Part shown: positions 12,671 to 24,289 of the stretch, piece by piece
Numbering within the stretch: position 1 is the first letter of the stretch
How the letters are laid out: every line of letters starts with the position of its first letter
Assembly: GCF_001194135.2 (NCBI RefSeq)
Contig: NC_068986.1
Span: 48,644,348 to 48,701,933, forward strand
DNA length: 57,586 bases
Direction: 5' to 3'
From: Octopus bimaculoides
Taxonomy: Eukaryota
Position numbers and translations under genes: made by a program
Notes under the pieces: model-generated
The model's database searches: none
The model's input: the letters and a program-made list of their open reading frames with translations, nothing else
What the model was told of the DNA's origin: nothing

Positions 12671-14609
12671 GAGATGTTGCAGAATCCTCTCCTATTGTCA
12701 ATGAGAGGGGAATCCGTATACCTATAGGAAGAAAGAGGCAGGGAAAGTTATTTAGCGAATTATTTAGCAAGATAGATAGATAAATAGATAGGTATATATA
12801 TATAATTATATATANNNNNNNNNNNNNNNNNNNNNNNNNNNNNATATATATATACATACATGGAGGGAGGGAGAGAGAGAAGGAGGGAGAGAGAGAAGGA
12901 GGGAGAGAGAGAGGGAGGGAGGGAGAGAGAGAAGGAGGGAGAGAGCGTGAGATGGGTCTAAAAGCGTTTCTCATTCTTGCTCTGAACCTGACTGAAAAAC
13001 AGAAACCAGAAACTCCGAGTCGCATCTTGTTAGCAAGTTTCTCTATGTGAATTCGTGTGCTGAAGCAAATTTTGTTGTCTGGGGAGAGTCTTATAAGGTT
13101 GTAAAAGCAACTACGAAAATTTTGGAAGAAAAATATAAATAATAAATGAGTGGAAATTGAACCAGTGAGTGTGTTAGTTAGTAAGGCATTAAGACAATAT
13201 GACACTCCCAAGACACAAAATAAACTCGATGTGTGTACCTTTTATTTAATTTAATTTTTGGCTGGGTTGCAATTCACTGTAGTATAAATCAATCACTAAC
13301 ACACGAACACACACACATATCTCCACACACGCATGTTGTTTGTGAACTTTCGTGCTTACCAACGGGGTAAAAATACATGGCCATCAATACATCTTTTGTT
13401 TGCATTTTGTGGTCGGAAGAAGATGAATTACTCATAACCTTTGCACTTCTTCCGAGGTCAGCGAGCTTGTTATAAATGTTCCGTTAAAATTTTTACAGAG
13501 GAACACTTTCAGGAAAGACACAAATAGAGATGCATGAATAATTTGACCTCGGACTTATAATAGGGTCGTTATTTGATTTTTTTAATTAAAAAATATTAAA
13601 AGATTAAAAAAATATTGCTTTTTATATTGCATTCACGTCTTTGAAAGATTTGAAAATATTTACTTCCGGTTTTCTAGCGTCAGTGACATATTTCCTTATA
13701 TATATATATCACTCTCCATCTCTCTCCATCTATCTTTAACTCTCTTTAACACATCTCTCTATCTATATCTCTTGTTTTCACTTTCATTTTTCAGACGTTG
13801 TTCTTTTCACTTTCAATTTTCATACGCCATTGTTTAACTTCCATGTTATTGTTTTCCTGGTAAGTCTAAGTTTTGAATCGCTATTCACAAACAAACAGCA
13901 ACAAATTACTGACGGAAAGAAGTTCACAATTACTGATGTAAATAATTTCGTAATTTACTGACAGAAGTATCTTCATAAATTTCACTTCAATCCATACGGT
14001 CTTTTATTTTTCTGTTGTAGACGGGTTTTTTCTGGTTTCTTCGATACTGGCGCTTTGGTTCACTCAGTGATATATTTCAGTGACTTCAACTCGTACAACA
14101 CTTTATTTTCCGTTAAAATTTCTTATTTACTTTCTACCCGTCTTATTAAGAAACACAATTTCCGTTACACAGTTATTTTCATTGTTTACTATCTTCTGCA
14201 CTCGTGTATTTTGTATGCATATAGAAGGAAAGTGTCAAATTTGTCGACATAACTACAGATTTCTGCCCCACCACCCACCAAATGTTGATGATCATAACTT
14301 TCAGAACAATGAATATTCTTAAATAAAATTTTCTACTTTGGAATATTATTAGTTTAGATTGACTTCTTTAGAAAAGTTTCTCAATGTCAACTCCCGGTAT
14401 TGACATAATGGCAGTGAAGTCTGTCCCTATCTAATTTTGATGTTTCATTTCAAGTTTTAATCCGCTATTTGTAAACAAGTACGATAAATTACTGAAATAA
14501 ATATTTACTAAATTCTCAAATTTAAATATTCGGTACAAGATAGTTCTCAACGTGCCTTTATTTATACGATTTTTTCATTAAATATTCATCTCATTCATTG
14601 TTTGCAATG

Positions 14610-14716
<107 letters not shown>

Positions 14717-14968
14717 CAGGACTGATTTCTTTATTACACAAATATCACGTTAAAATTTTGCAATTCAATATGCGGGGCCCCGAAAATATGGGCATTATTT
14801 TGCTGGAACTCCCACACCTCGTTAATTAAAATTGTTTTTCATTTAGTTTCTTTTTCACGCCATGTTAAGCTCTATATATTTGTATCAATCACACTAGCAC
14901 AAGTGTTTTTTGTATGTATGTTTGTATACATTTATATATGGTGTGTGTGTCTGTGTGTGTGGGGTAAT

Positions 14969-15047
14969 TGAAGGGGTGTGTTGTAATGTATTCGTACATA
15001 CATAAATACATATGCATACATCTTTTTCGTATGTATGTGTGTGTATA

Positions 15048-15086
<39 letters not shown>

Positions 15087-15204
15087 GAGAGGGATGTCTA
15101 ATTGGCACTCTCTCTCTCTCTAACACACACGCACACATACATACAAGAACGATGTATGCTTATTTATTTATGTATGTACGTATACATAACAACATACCCC
15201 TTCA
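14969..15204. repeat. Fold-back inverted duplication, ~90-bp arms, ~50-bp spacer
   Basis: 14969-15040 against the reverse complement of 15133-15204 gives 64/72 identities, ungapped by my count. It extends into flanking GA/CT and TG/CA runs. Confidence 0.9.
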
Positions 15205-15299
15205 CTCACACTCTCCCTCACACACACATGTCCATTTCATCTGATGTTTGATACTGTATGTATATCTATCTGTGTGTGTGTGTGTGTGTGTGCGTGCGC

Positions 15300-15340
<41 letters not shown>

Positions 15341-15562
15341 TGGGTGTGTGCGTCCGTGCGGTGTTCCACAATCGTCAGAAAAAAGCAGAGGAATTTTCTT
15401 TCTTCATGCTTCTGGTGACACAGGTAAAACACTTGTAACATTGCTTCTCTCCAAAGTAAGACATCAAAAAAAAAATTGCAGTTGCTGTATCATTGTATGG
15501 CTTTGCTGCCACCATTCTCCTAGGAGGATGAACATATGCATACAGGGACTGCAGATAAATTG

Positions 15563-15607
<45 letters not shown>

Positions 15608-15727
15608 GAAATATATACATAAATATGTGTGTGCGTGTGTGTCTGTGTGTCTGTGTGTGGTGGCAACAAATTCACGCATCATGGGAGATATCAAGTATGC
15701 TTTATAAACAATGAAGTAGGTAATCCA

Positions 15728-16250
15728 TTACAAATCTTCAAAGTGTTGGCCATGTAGCTCTAAACAAGTGTTCATACGGATTTTGAAATAACGATGAACT
15801 TTCTCAAATAGCTCTTCATTACCTTTGATTTGTTCACACACTTCAACAATTCTTTGAAGATGTCTTTCGTCACAAATCTTTTCAGAATACGCAAGGGATT
15901 TAATGCATCCTCAGAAGAAAAGGTTCATGTGAGTTAACTCTGATGACCGTCGTGTCCATTCAATTGGCCCTCGAGGCCCGAGCCATCTCGCTGGAAAATG
16001 TTCATTCAGGAAATCACGAATGCATCATAAGGCAGGGCCCCATCCTGCTGAAACCAGACAGGATTTCCCCTTCCAAGTGAATCCAAGTTAAGCATCATAC
16101 TATTGTCAAACACCTCTCAGAGCCCTCAAAATGAAATGCTCCAATTACTAGATTGTGCCAAATCCCACACCTAACCATTATCTTTCTCCCGCCTTGTTGA
16201 TTATCTCCCTCCACCTAATGAGGGTTGGTTTGTGAGTAATATCGGCAATT
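15728..16250 (-). pseudogene. Tc1/mariner transposase remnant, catalytic C-terminal half (probably rosa/DD41D type)
   Basis: Reverse translation gives IMVRCGIWHNLVIGAFHFEG, WFQQDGA, IRDFLNEHFPARWLGPRGPIEW..RS.ELT.MN.FF*G.IKS.AY and ..C....GQHFEDL*. Spacing of the 2nd and 3rd catalytic positions is about 39 residues plus a frameshifting deletion, compatible with DD41D. Confidence 0.85.
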
Positions 16251-16329
16251 GTAAAAAAGAAATAAGGAAAAAAAGATAATTTTAGTGATTTCACATATTG
16301 CAGGATGCTGCGTGACTCTATGGCCACCC

Positions 16330-16406
16330 TTTCTCGATGCAATCCCATGGTCATTCATGATCAAAGATAGTCTTTACCCCTTTTAAACCCTTTTTATCTC
16401 ACCTAC
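16330..16406 (+). mobile_element. SINE family C, 3' tail fragment
   Basis: gatgcaatcccatggtcattcatga...gtctttacccc matches the end of 31401-31732. Confidence 0.75.
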
Positions 16407-16489
16407 GTACATCTATCAGTTTATCAGTCTTTCAATAATTATATTTATCCATCAAATATCCGATTTGTGTAGATGAGATAAAAAGGTAA

Positions 16490-16833
16490 AAGATAAAGGG
16501 TTAAGACCCCCTGTAGTCATGAATGTCCAAAGGATTGCACCTAGAAAGTTACCCTCCGAGGCACAAGTCCAGGCAAATTTGTTTATGAAAGACCAGCAGT
16601 CGCCCATGTATACCAGCCTCCCCTCTCCAAGCCACCGATATTATCTAAGGTAAAGGTAAAGGCCAATAGAGTTTGGCACCAGTGACATAACAACACATAT
16701 CTATAGCTGAGTGAACTGGAACAACGTGAAATAAAGTGTCTTGCTGAAGAACACAACACACCGCTCAGTCCGGGAATCGAACTCACTACCTCATGATTGT
16801 GTGCCCGACGCTCTAACCACTGAACCATGTGCC
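16490..16833 (-). mobile_element. SINE family C, full length (tRNA head, CORE-like block)
   Basis: The reverse complement has the A box tggttcagtggttagagcg and B box gttcgattccc, and aligns end to end with 31401-31732. Confidence 0.9.
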
Positions 16834-16843
16834 ATCAGGTGAT

Positions 16844-16876
<33 letters not shown>

Positions 16877-16936
16877 TATGTACACACGTACTTCCATATA
16901 TNNNNNNNNNNTATATATATATATATATACATGTTC

Positions 16937-17009
<73 letters not shown>

Positions 17010-17629
17010 CAGCGATGGAGAGCAACATAGGGAATGACATTGAATGACAGCTGGTTGATGGAACTTATTGACAGACAGAATGTGACAGGCAGACATTTTA
17101 AAAGCTAGGTCAAGCATTACACTGTCTCGTTCCATACGAAGTTAAAACCTCATATACTTGAGTGTAAATGAGGACTGTATGTTAGTCTTAATATCGGTAT
17201 TGAAGCTTTCTCGTTATTTCTCTGCAATTATCAACACATACATAGCCTTATGTCTTAAGCACAACAGCTTTTAATATTTCAGGGCGCCGCTTGTATTACG
17301 AAATTTTGGAGCCGCCCATGTTTTTTGGGACGTTGAGGTTATAAGTGCTGGCAGTCTGGCGGTAATATTTTTATACAATGAAATTGCTTCTCTTCGTTTC
17401 TGTTCCTCGCAATCATATATAAAGTTATGAAACTCTACCTTCTCTCACTTTTTCCATCATTTAATAAGACTTTGGTCTGGTGTGTTTATAAACACACCAT
17501 CGTAGGAAATATAGTTAACTAAGTAGTAATATAACACAATGCAATTTCTAGTGGGGAAATGGCTGTTTTAGTTTGCTATGATTTCAATATTTTCTAAGGA
17601 ATTATTTGTTTATCTTGTTTGTGCTTTTA

Positions 17630-17750
17630 ATCATTGGACTGCTATTATGCTATGCCACCTTGAAGGGTTTTAACGAACAAACTGACCACAGTATTTTTAA
17701 ATTTTGGTGCTTAGTCTATCGGTCTCTTCCACATAACTGAGCAATAGATG
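17630..17750 (-). mobile_element. SINE family A, old 3' fragment
   Basis: ggactgctattatgctatgccaccttgaaggg...gaacaaactgacc...agtctatcggtctc resembles the reverse-complemented family A tail. Confidence 0.55.
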
Positions 17751-17990
17751 GATAGAGATGTAAACTACATGGTTACAAAGCAAACTTCTTAAGCAACATC
17801 AATGCCTATAATTCCTTGAATTTGTATTCTTTTCTGTAATTTGTTACCATTGTTTTGAACAAATTGCCATTCTTTGTGAAAGTTTATAATATTTGTAAAT
17901 ATTATGTCGATATTAACCACATAATATTCTATTCAGGAAAATTTTATTTACGTCATCATTTCATTGTAGATCAGACACAAATACAATATA

Positions 17991-18285
17991 CAGGGTGTCC
18001 ACAAAGTCTGGGTACATGGGGATTAACACATACTTTAATAAATTATTATTTCCTATATTTAATTGTTTATGTTATGATTTTATTTACTCCATCTACACAC
18101 ATGGGGATTAACACATACTTTAAGAAATTATTATTTCTTATATTTAATTGTTTGTTATGATTTTATTTACTCCATGTACCTACATGGGGATTAACACACA
18201 CTTTAAGAAATTATTATTTCTTATATTTAATTGTTTATCTTATGATTTTATTTACTCCATGGACCCAGACCTTGTGGACACCCTG
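17991..18285. mobile_element. Tc1/mariner-type MITE with internal ~84-bp triplication
   Basis: TA target duplication at 17989-90 and 18286-87. The ~29-bp TIRs (cagggtgtccacaaagtctgggtacatgg and ccatggacccagaccttgtggacaccctg) differ by 2 mismatches. Three internal units start at 18014, 18099 and 18182. Confidence 0.92.
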
Positions 18286-19260
18286 TAGATTGAGGTTGTA
18301 CTAGAAACCTCAATACTCATATCTCTCCGTTTCCCATGAACTTATCTTCACATAAGTATTAGCAAACTAAGTGCAATGAACTTGCATCAGCCAAAAATCC
18401 AAACAGGGTGGTTGATTTGATTCACTTGAAGTTTACTTTATTCATCAAGTGAGAGTGTTTCAATTATTGATCACTAATGTTTTTACAAATCCTGAAATCT
18501 GCGATGTCAAATTGTAAGTGGATCCTTTCCACATAATCATCTTGAGTTATTTAAGGACAAATTTGAATAAGGACCGGACTTAGAGACGATGTTTTGGTAT
18601 TTACCTTTTGTTCTTAATTTTTTGTTCTTAATTTTTTTTCCCTGAAGACGTGTAAGGCAAATTATATGCTTGACTTAAATTTCACAGTCAAATATAGCCT
18701 TATACAGAAATGTTGACATAGGAATAAATTTCAATAATAATGGATATTAGCGTCAAAACTCTCTTTTAAATTTAAAACTTTGGATATATAACCAAGGAGA
18801 ACGATCCTTAAGGAGTCTACTTTAGACTTTTTGCGGTGAAATCTCTTACTATATTGGTAACGATTACATGTTTTTCTATGAACAAATATATATATATATG
18901 ATGGATGTATATGTTTGTGTGCCTATATTTGTGCCCCCCCCCCACNNNNNNNNNNNNNNNNNNNNNNNNNNNNNNNNNNNNNNNNNNNNNNNNNNNNNNN
19001 NNNNNNNNNNNNNNNNNNNNNNNNNNNNNNNNNNNNNNNNNNNNNNNNNNNNNNNNNNNNNNNNNNNNNNNNNNNNNNNNNNNNNNNNNNNNNNNNNNNN
19101 NNNNNNNNNNNNNNNNNNNNNNNNNNNNNNNNNNNNNNNNNNNNNNNNNNNNNNNNNNNNNNNNNNNNNNNNNNNNNNNNNNNNNNNNNNNNNNNNNNNN
19201 NNNNNNNNNNNNNNNNNNNNNNNNNNNNNNNNNNNNNNNNNNNNNNNNNNNNNNNNNNNN

Positions 19261-19348
19261 CCAACAGAATAACACCTGGGGTCGATTTTCTCAACTAAAG
19301 GCAGAGCATCAGCATGGCTGCGGTCATTTGACAGAAAGTAAAAGAATA
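19261..19348 (+). mobile_element. SINE family A, 3' end after N gap
   Basis: gaataacacctggggtcgattttctcaactaaaggc...cagcatggctgcggtca matches the family A tail. Confidence 0.75.
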
Positions 19349-20810
19349 CATACATGGCTGAGTAGTTGATAATTTCACGTTGCAATCACGTGATCCCGTA
19401 TTCGCACTCCCCCACCACAAACAAACACACAGACGCCCACAAACACACACCCACGCACACACACCCACGCACACACACATACACACACACAGATATTCAC
19501 CGACAGTCCAAGCGATGATTAATGAGTGAATTTGCGTAGTTACAGAGTAGAATCCCGTTAGTTGACTATCCTCATAATTTTGAAGTCCAGCATTGTCACA
19601 TTGACATGCAGAGAGTATCGCCTGAGAGTTTAATTAAGAATACAGGTGTCTATATAAACTCAATCACAGATACGTTAATATTCAATGAGTTGGGTAGGCT
19701 TTGTGCATATGCGTGTACTCGTTCGTATACTTATGTATGTATGTATTCCTATCCAACAGCGTTTCCATATGTGTGTGTGTATGCATGAATGTGTTTAAGA
19801 CAAAGTATTGCATTAATAGTTACATAGCCAATTACGTACATAGATATGAACAGAGAGATGAATAGATGCATCGGTAAATAAATAGTTAGATGGGGAGGTG
19901 GAGAGATAGATTGATAATAATTGGGCATTAAGGTTTTGCAAATAAGAAAAGCAGAAGATACAAAGAATTTGATGAAATTTCCAATAGTAATATAAATATC
20001 ATCATGTTTGCTGCTTCATTCTTAACAGGAATATATTCGATTTAAAAATGGGCGTAAAAACACTTTCGCGCAAACACACGCTATTTTTTAAAACATATAT
20101 TGGCACATAGGGTATAGAAATATAAATATGTATGATATATACGTGATACATACATGATGCCTATATATATGTATTTATATATATANNNNNNNNNNATATA
20201 TACATATATATATATATACATATATATATACTTACATATATATATGTATAATTATACACGCACACATGTATGTGTATGTGTGTGTGCATGTATGTATGTA
20301 TATATGTATGTATATATATATATACATGCATATATATATATATTTATATATATGTATATATATATAATTACGCTTGTAAGGTTTTATTCAAAATAATTAC
20401 GTGTCTATATAAATGCACATACATATGTGTGCGTATATCTATACAGGCACATATATGTATGTATATATGTACATATATGTATAATCATATACAGTATAAA
20501 ATTTGGACAATAAAGAACGCATACAAACATACACACACATATATGCACAAGCGCATACGCACATAAAGATTGATATCTAGATATACACGTACGTACATAG
20601 ATACACATAGATGTCGATGCATAACTATACATACTTATAGATATATACACGTAAATATACAGAGATAGAGATTATGTGGAGGCTTGTTTGTTAGAAGGCA
20701 AGGAAGGGGAAAGAGAGAGAGCGAAAGAGAGAGAGAGAGAGAGAGGTGGAAATAGAAAAGGGGAGAGAGTAAGAGAAAGACAGAAAAAGATTCTGAGAAA
20801 AACTTATATA

Positions 20811-20863
<53 letters not shown>

Positions 20864-21621
20864 TNNNNNNNNNNNNNNNNNNNNNNNNNNNNNNNNNNNN
20901 NNNNNNNNNNNNNNNNNNNNNNNNNNNNNNNNNNNNNNNNNNNNNNNNNNNNNNNNNNNNNNNNNNNNNNNNNNNNNNNNNNNNNNNNNNNNNNNNNNNN
21001 NNNNNNNNNNNNNNNNNNNNNNNNNNNNNNNNNNNNNNNNNNNNNNNNNNNNNNNNNNNNNNNNNNNNNNNNNNNNNNNNNNNNNNNNNNNNNNNNNNNN
21101 NNNNNNNNNNNNNNNNNNNNNNNNNNNNNNNNNNNNNNNNNNNNNNNNNNNNNNNNNNNNNNNNNNNNNNNNNNNNNNNNNNNNNNNNNNNNNNNNNNNN
21201 NNNNNNNNNNNNNNNNNNNNNNNNNNNNNNNNNNNNNNNNNNNNNNNNNNNNNNNNNNNNNNNNNNNNNNNNNNNNNNNNNNNNNNNNNNNNNNNNNNNN
21301 NNNNNNNNNNNNNNNNNNNNNNNNNNNNNNNNNNNNNNNNNNNNNNNNNNNNNNNNNNNNNNNNNNNNNNNNNNNNNNNNNNNNNNNNNNNNNNNNNNNN
21401 NNNNNNNNNNNNNNNNNNNNNNNNNNNNNNNNNNNNNNNNNNNNNNNNNNNNNNNNNNNNNNNNNNNNNNNNNNNNNNNNNNNNNNNNNNNNNNNNNNNN
21501 NNNNNNNNNNNNNNNNNNNNNNNNNNNNNNNNNNNNNNNNNNNNNNNNNNNNNNNNNNNNNNNNNNNNNNNNNNNNNNNNNNNNNNNNNNNNNNNNNNNN
21601 NNNNNNNNNNNNNNNNNNNNN

Positions 21622-21676
<55 letters not shown>

Positions 21677-21811
21677 TAATAATAATGAGAAGAAGAAGAA
21701 GAAGAAGAAGAAGAAGAAGAAGAAGAAGAAGAAGAAGAAGAAGAAGAAGAAGAAGAAGAAAAAGAAGAAGAAGAAGAAGAAGAAGAAGGAGAAGAAGAAG
21801 AAGAAGAAGAT
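21622..21811. repeat. Compound (AAT)n(AAG)n microsatellite
   Basis: Direct reading of the sequence. Confidence 0.95.
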
Positions 21812-21989
21812 CTTCGTTCCGCGGCATGGGCAACAGTGGAAGTTGTAAGAAAGCGTAAATGAGGAATCAGTGATATTTCATAATAGTGTACGAGCGAAGC
21901 AGTCTTGAAAACCCACCACATAAACAGAAATAAACAAATTTAGAGAGAATACCTGAAATTAATTTAGAAACACTACAGATACCGGATTA

Positions 21990-23410
21990 CTGGCTCTACC
22001 ATTTGTATGTGTCCTCTCTCATTCGTGTTATTTGGCGATACACACCATCCTTTTTCGCCCTTCATATCCATATAATCACTTCTCACTTCAAGCTCTACTC
22101 GAAGAAATTGCATGAAAGATTGGTCGATAATAAAAGAGCCTGCCTGTAATCATTTCAGTGTTGTCTTCTTCATTGCGTATTTCTGAGTTCTCGAATGCCA
22201 GTCACTGGAAAACGACCTCTCCTTTCCGATCAAAAGAAAGCAGCGATGGACCGGATCGATAGCCGGATCCATTCTATATGTAGCAACACTATTGGGCCTA
22301 AATGAACATGTTATCAATGCTCGAACGCTGAGGGAGCGCATGCACAACGGTTTCATCACCTTGTGTGCATTATAGGCAGATACGGCTGACTATAGTACTA
22401 CGCCTGAAGATTCTATCCCAATACAACAATACCACCTTGCTACTAGTAGCACTACTATACAGGTGCTACTAGTATAGCACCTGTATAGTAGGTGCTATAT
22501 TAGTATAGCACCTGTATAGCAGTGCTATACTAGTATATGCTAGGTATATACCTAGTATATACCTGGTATATACCTAGGTATATACTAGGTATATACTAGT
22601 ATATACCTAGGCATATACTAGTATATTCCTTATGTTTTCTATTATCACGCCTTCAAAGCTCTCTGAAAGAGATATCTCAGTTCTGTATTGTCAGAACTCT
22701 CTTCCAAATATCCTCACACCTGTCTACCACTAATCTTCTACAAATGGCTGCACGGCTCAACAAGCAGAGGGCTTCAAGTGCTTCAAGATACTTGAAATGC
22801 TACACACTTAACGTTGCTCTTTTCTTGATCCTGTACTCCAGCTTCGCCAAGGCTATAGAGAAAGAACTTGAGTAACAGAGAGGAGATTTGCTCTCCTAAA
22901 GCAATTCTCACTGAATTTTTAGCTTTAGCTAATGCTGGGCATTTTGAGCCACAGAATACCGAGTCTGCTATGTAGATAGTATTTACAGTATATAGACAGT
23001 TTATTCAGTGGAGCAAAAGTACACCCATATGACAACTGTTGCAATGGACAGTAGTCAGGAAATAATATAACAGAGGTGATTAAGGTATTCGTCATCTGTA
23101 CTTCTTCTTAGCCTTTTTCTATATCTGACTCCCGCATCACAGTTAAAGCGAGATCTCGCTCTACACCTCCATCTTCTGCAGCAGTGGTTCCAGATCCAAG
23201 ATCAACAGGAAGACACTCTTAACGGGCTAAGCAGGTGATTCGAAACTATTTAGATATTTTATTATAACTACAGAATAGATGGCATTGGATATGGCTTTTG
23301 ATCGCGCATCTCAAAATGTGACCGAAACGAGTCTCAATTGAGACAGCTGCCAGATAGCAAGGGCTGTCGCTGTCGGAAGCTTTTGGAAGGATTTAATTTT
23401 AGCAGTTTTC
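21990..23410 (-). pseudogene. Highly decayed Tx1/L1-like ORF2 remnant (RT to C-terminal cysteine-rich region), interrupted by a palindromic insert
   Basis: Reverse-strand pieces occur in the expected order: SK.FD..YLAAV..FG (~23320-23410), FRI..R.ECLP then LDLEPLLQKMEV (23164-23199; RT QG.PLSP..LEPLL region), LRYLFQRA (22657-22680), DETVVHAL (22334-22357; C..C..ET..H knuckle) and WIRLSIRSI. Confidence 0.6.
22441..22625. repeat. Two abutting ~95-100-bp imperfect palindromes
   Basis: 22441-22535 and 22526-22625 each align to their own reverse complement. They contain the 15-bp stem actatacaggtgcta/tagcacctgtatagt and the perfect palindrome tatatacctaggtatata. Confidence 0.9.
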
Positions 23411-23524
23411 TATTGAAGCCGAGCTTTTTTACTTATCCTAACTGCGAAGAATCGCATGAGGTGGAAGTTACTGCATAATCATCGCTCGAGAATTACACCA
23501 GTCTCCAACTAGTTCTTATTTTTA

Positions 23525-23712
23525 ATCGTTGGGTGAAATGCTTAGCAGTATTTCGTCTGTCTTTATGTTCTGAGTTCAAATTCCGCCGAAGTCAACTTTA
23601 CTTTCATCCTTGTGTGGTCGATAAATTAAGTACCAGTTGCATACTGGGGTCGATCTAATTGACTGGCCGCCTCCCAAAAAGCTTCGGACCTTGTGCCTAG
23701 AGTAGAAAAAAA
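23525..23712 (+). mobile_element. SINE family B
   Basis: gaaatgcttagcagtatttcgtctgtctttatgttctgagttcaaattccgcc...ctttcatcc...gtcgataaattaagtaccagttg...ctggggtcgat. The central block resembles the MetaSINE/Sauria-type domain as I recall it. Confidence 0.9.
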
Positions 23713-23994
23713 TACTTGTCAATCATATAATTTCGAACCACAACTAGAGATACTTAGAAAGCGCAAAAGGCTTTTCCAGAATCTATACTGTTTAACGCGA
23801 TTAATACCACTGTACAGCCAGCTATTAATGCTTAATATGACAGCCGCTATAGACGAGATATTTGAGACTAATACGACGAATTATGACCAGAAATAATTAT
23901 TAACTACTAATATAATCCAAGAAATATAGAAGAGCATATACTTAGAAAAACAACGAAACAGAAATACAGTAATGAGGTGTTGAGATGGGAGTGG

Positions 23995-24110
23995 CTCGTT
24001 GACACTATCAACCATATTACTTAGCTGGTAATTTTATGAATCCTAAACGGATGAAGGGCTGAGCTAATTTGAACTCCATTTGAATTCACAATGTAAAGAG
24101 CTAGAGCAAA
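23995..24110 (-). mobile_element. SINE family B, old fragment
   Basis: atcctaaacggatgaagggc...atttgaattcacaatgtaaag is a diverged reverse complement of family B. Confidence 0.5.
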
Positions 24111-24289
24111 TTTTGCATGGTACGATTACATTAAGGAATAGTCTTTATCCTCTTTTTCGCATTGCTGATCGGTTAGTGTTTGAGCTGTGAGCACACACAA
24201 GAGGTGAAACCTCCTCCTATATTACTGGGAGCGGATGAAAAACATGCACACGCGCGCACGCACACAAACACACTCACAGATGCATTTAT

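Noticed and set aside
18014-18260. CRISPR-like regular repeats
   Set aside because: The units are contiguous with no unique spacers, lie inside MITE TIRs, and the context is eukaryotic with no cas genes.
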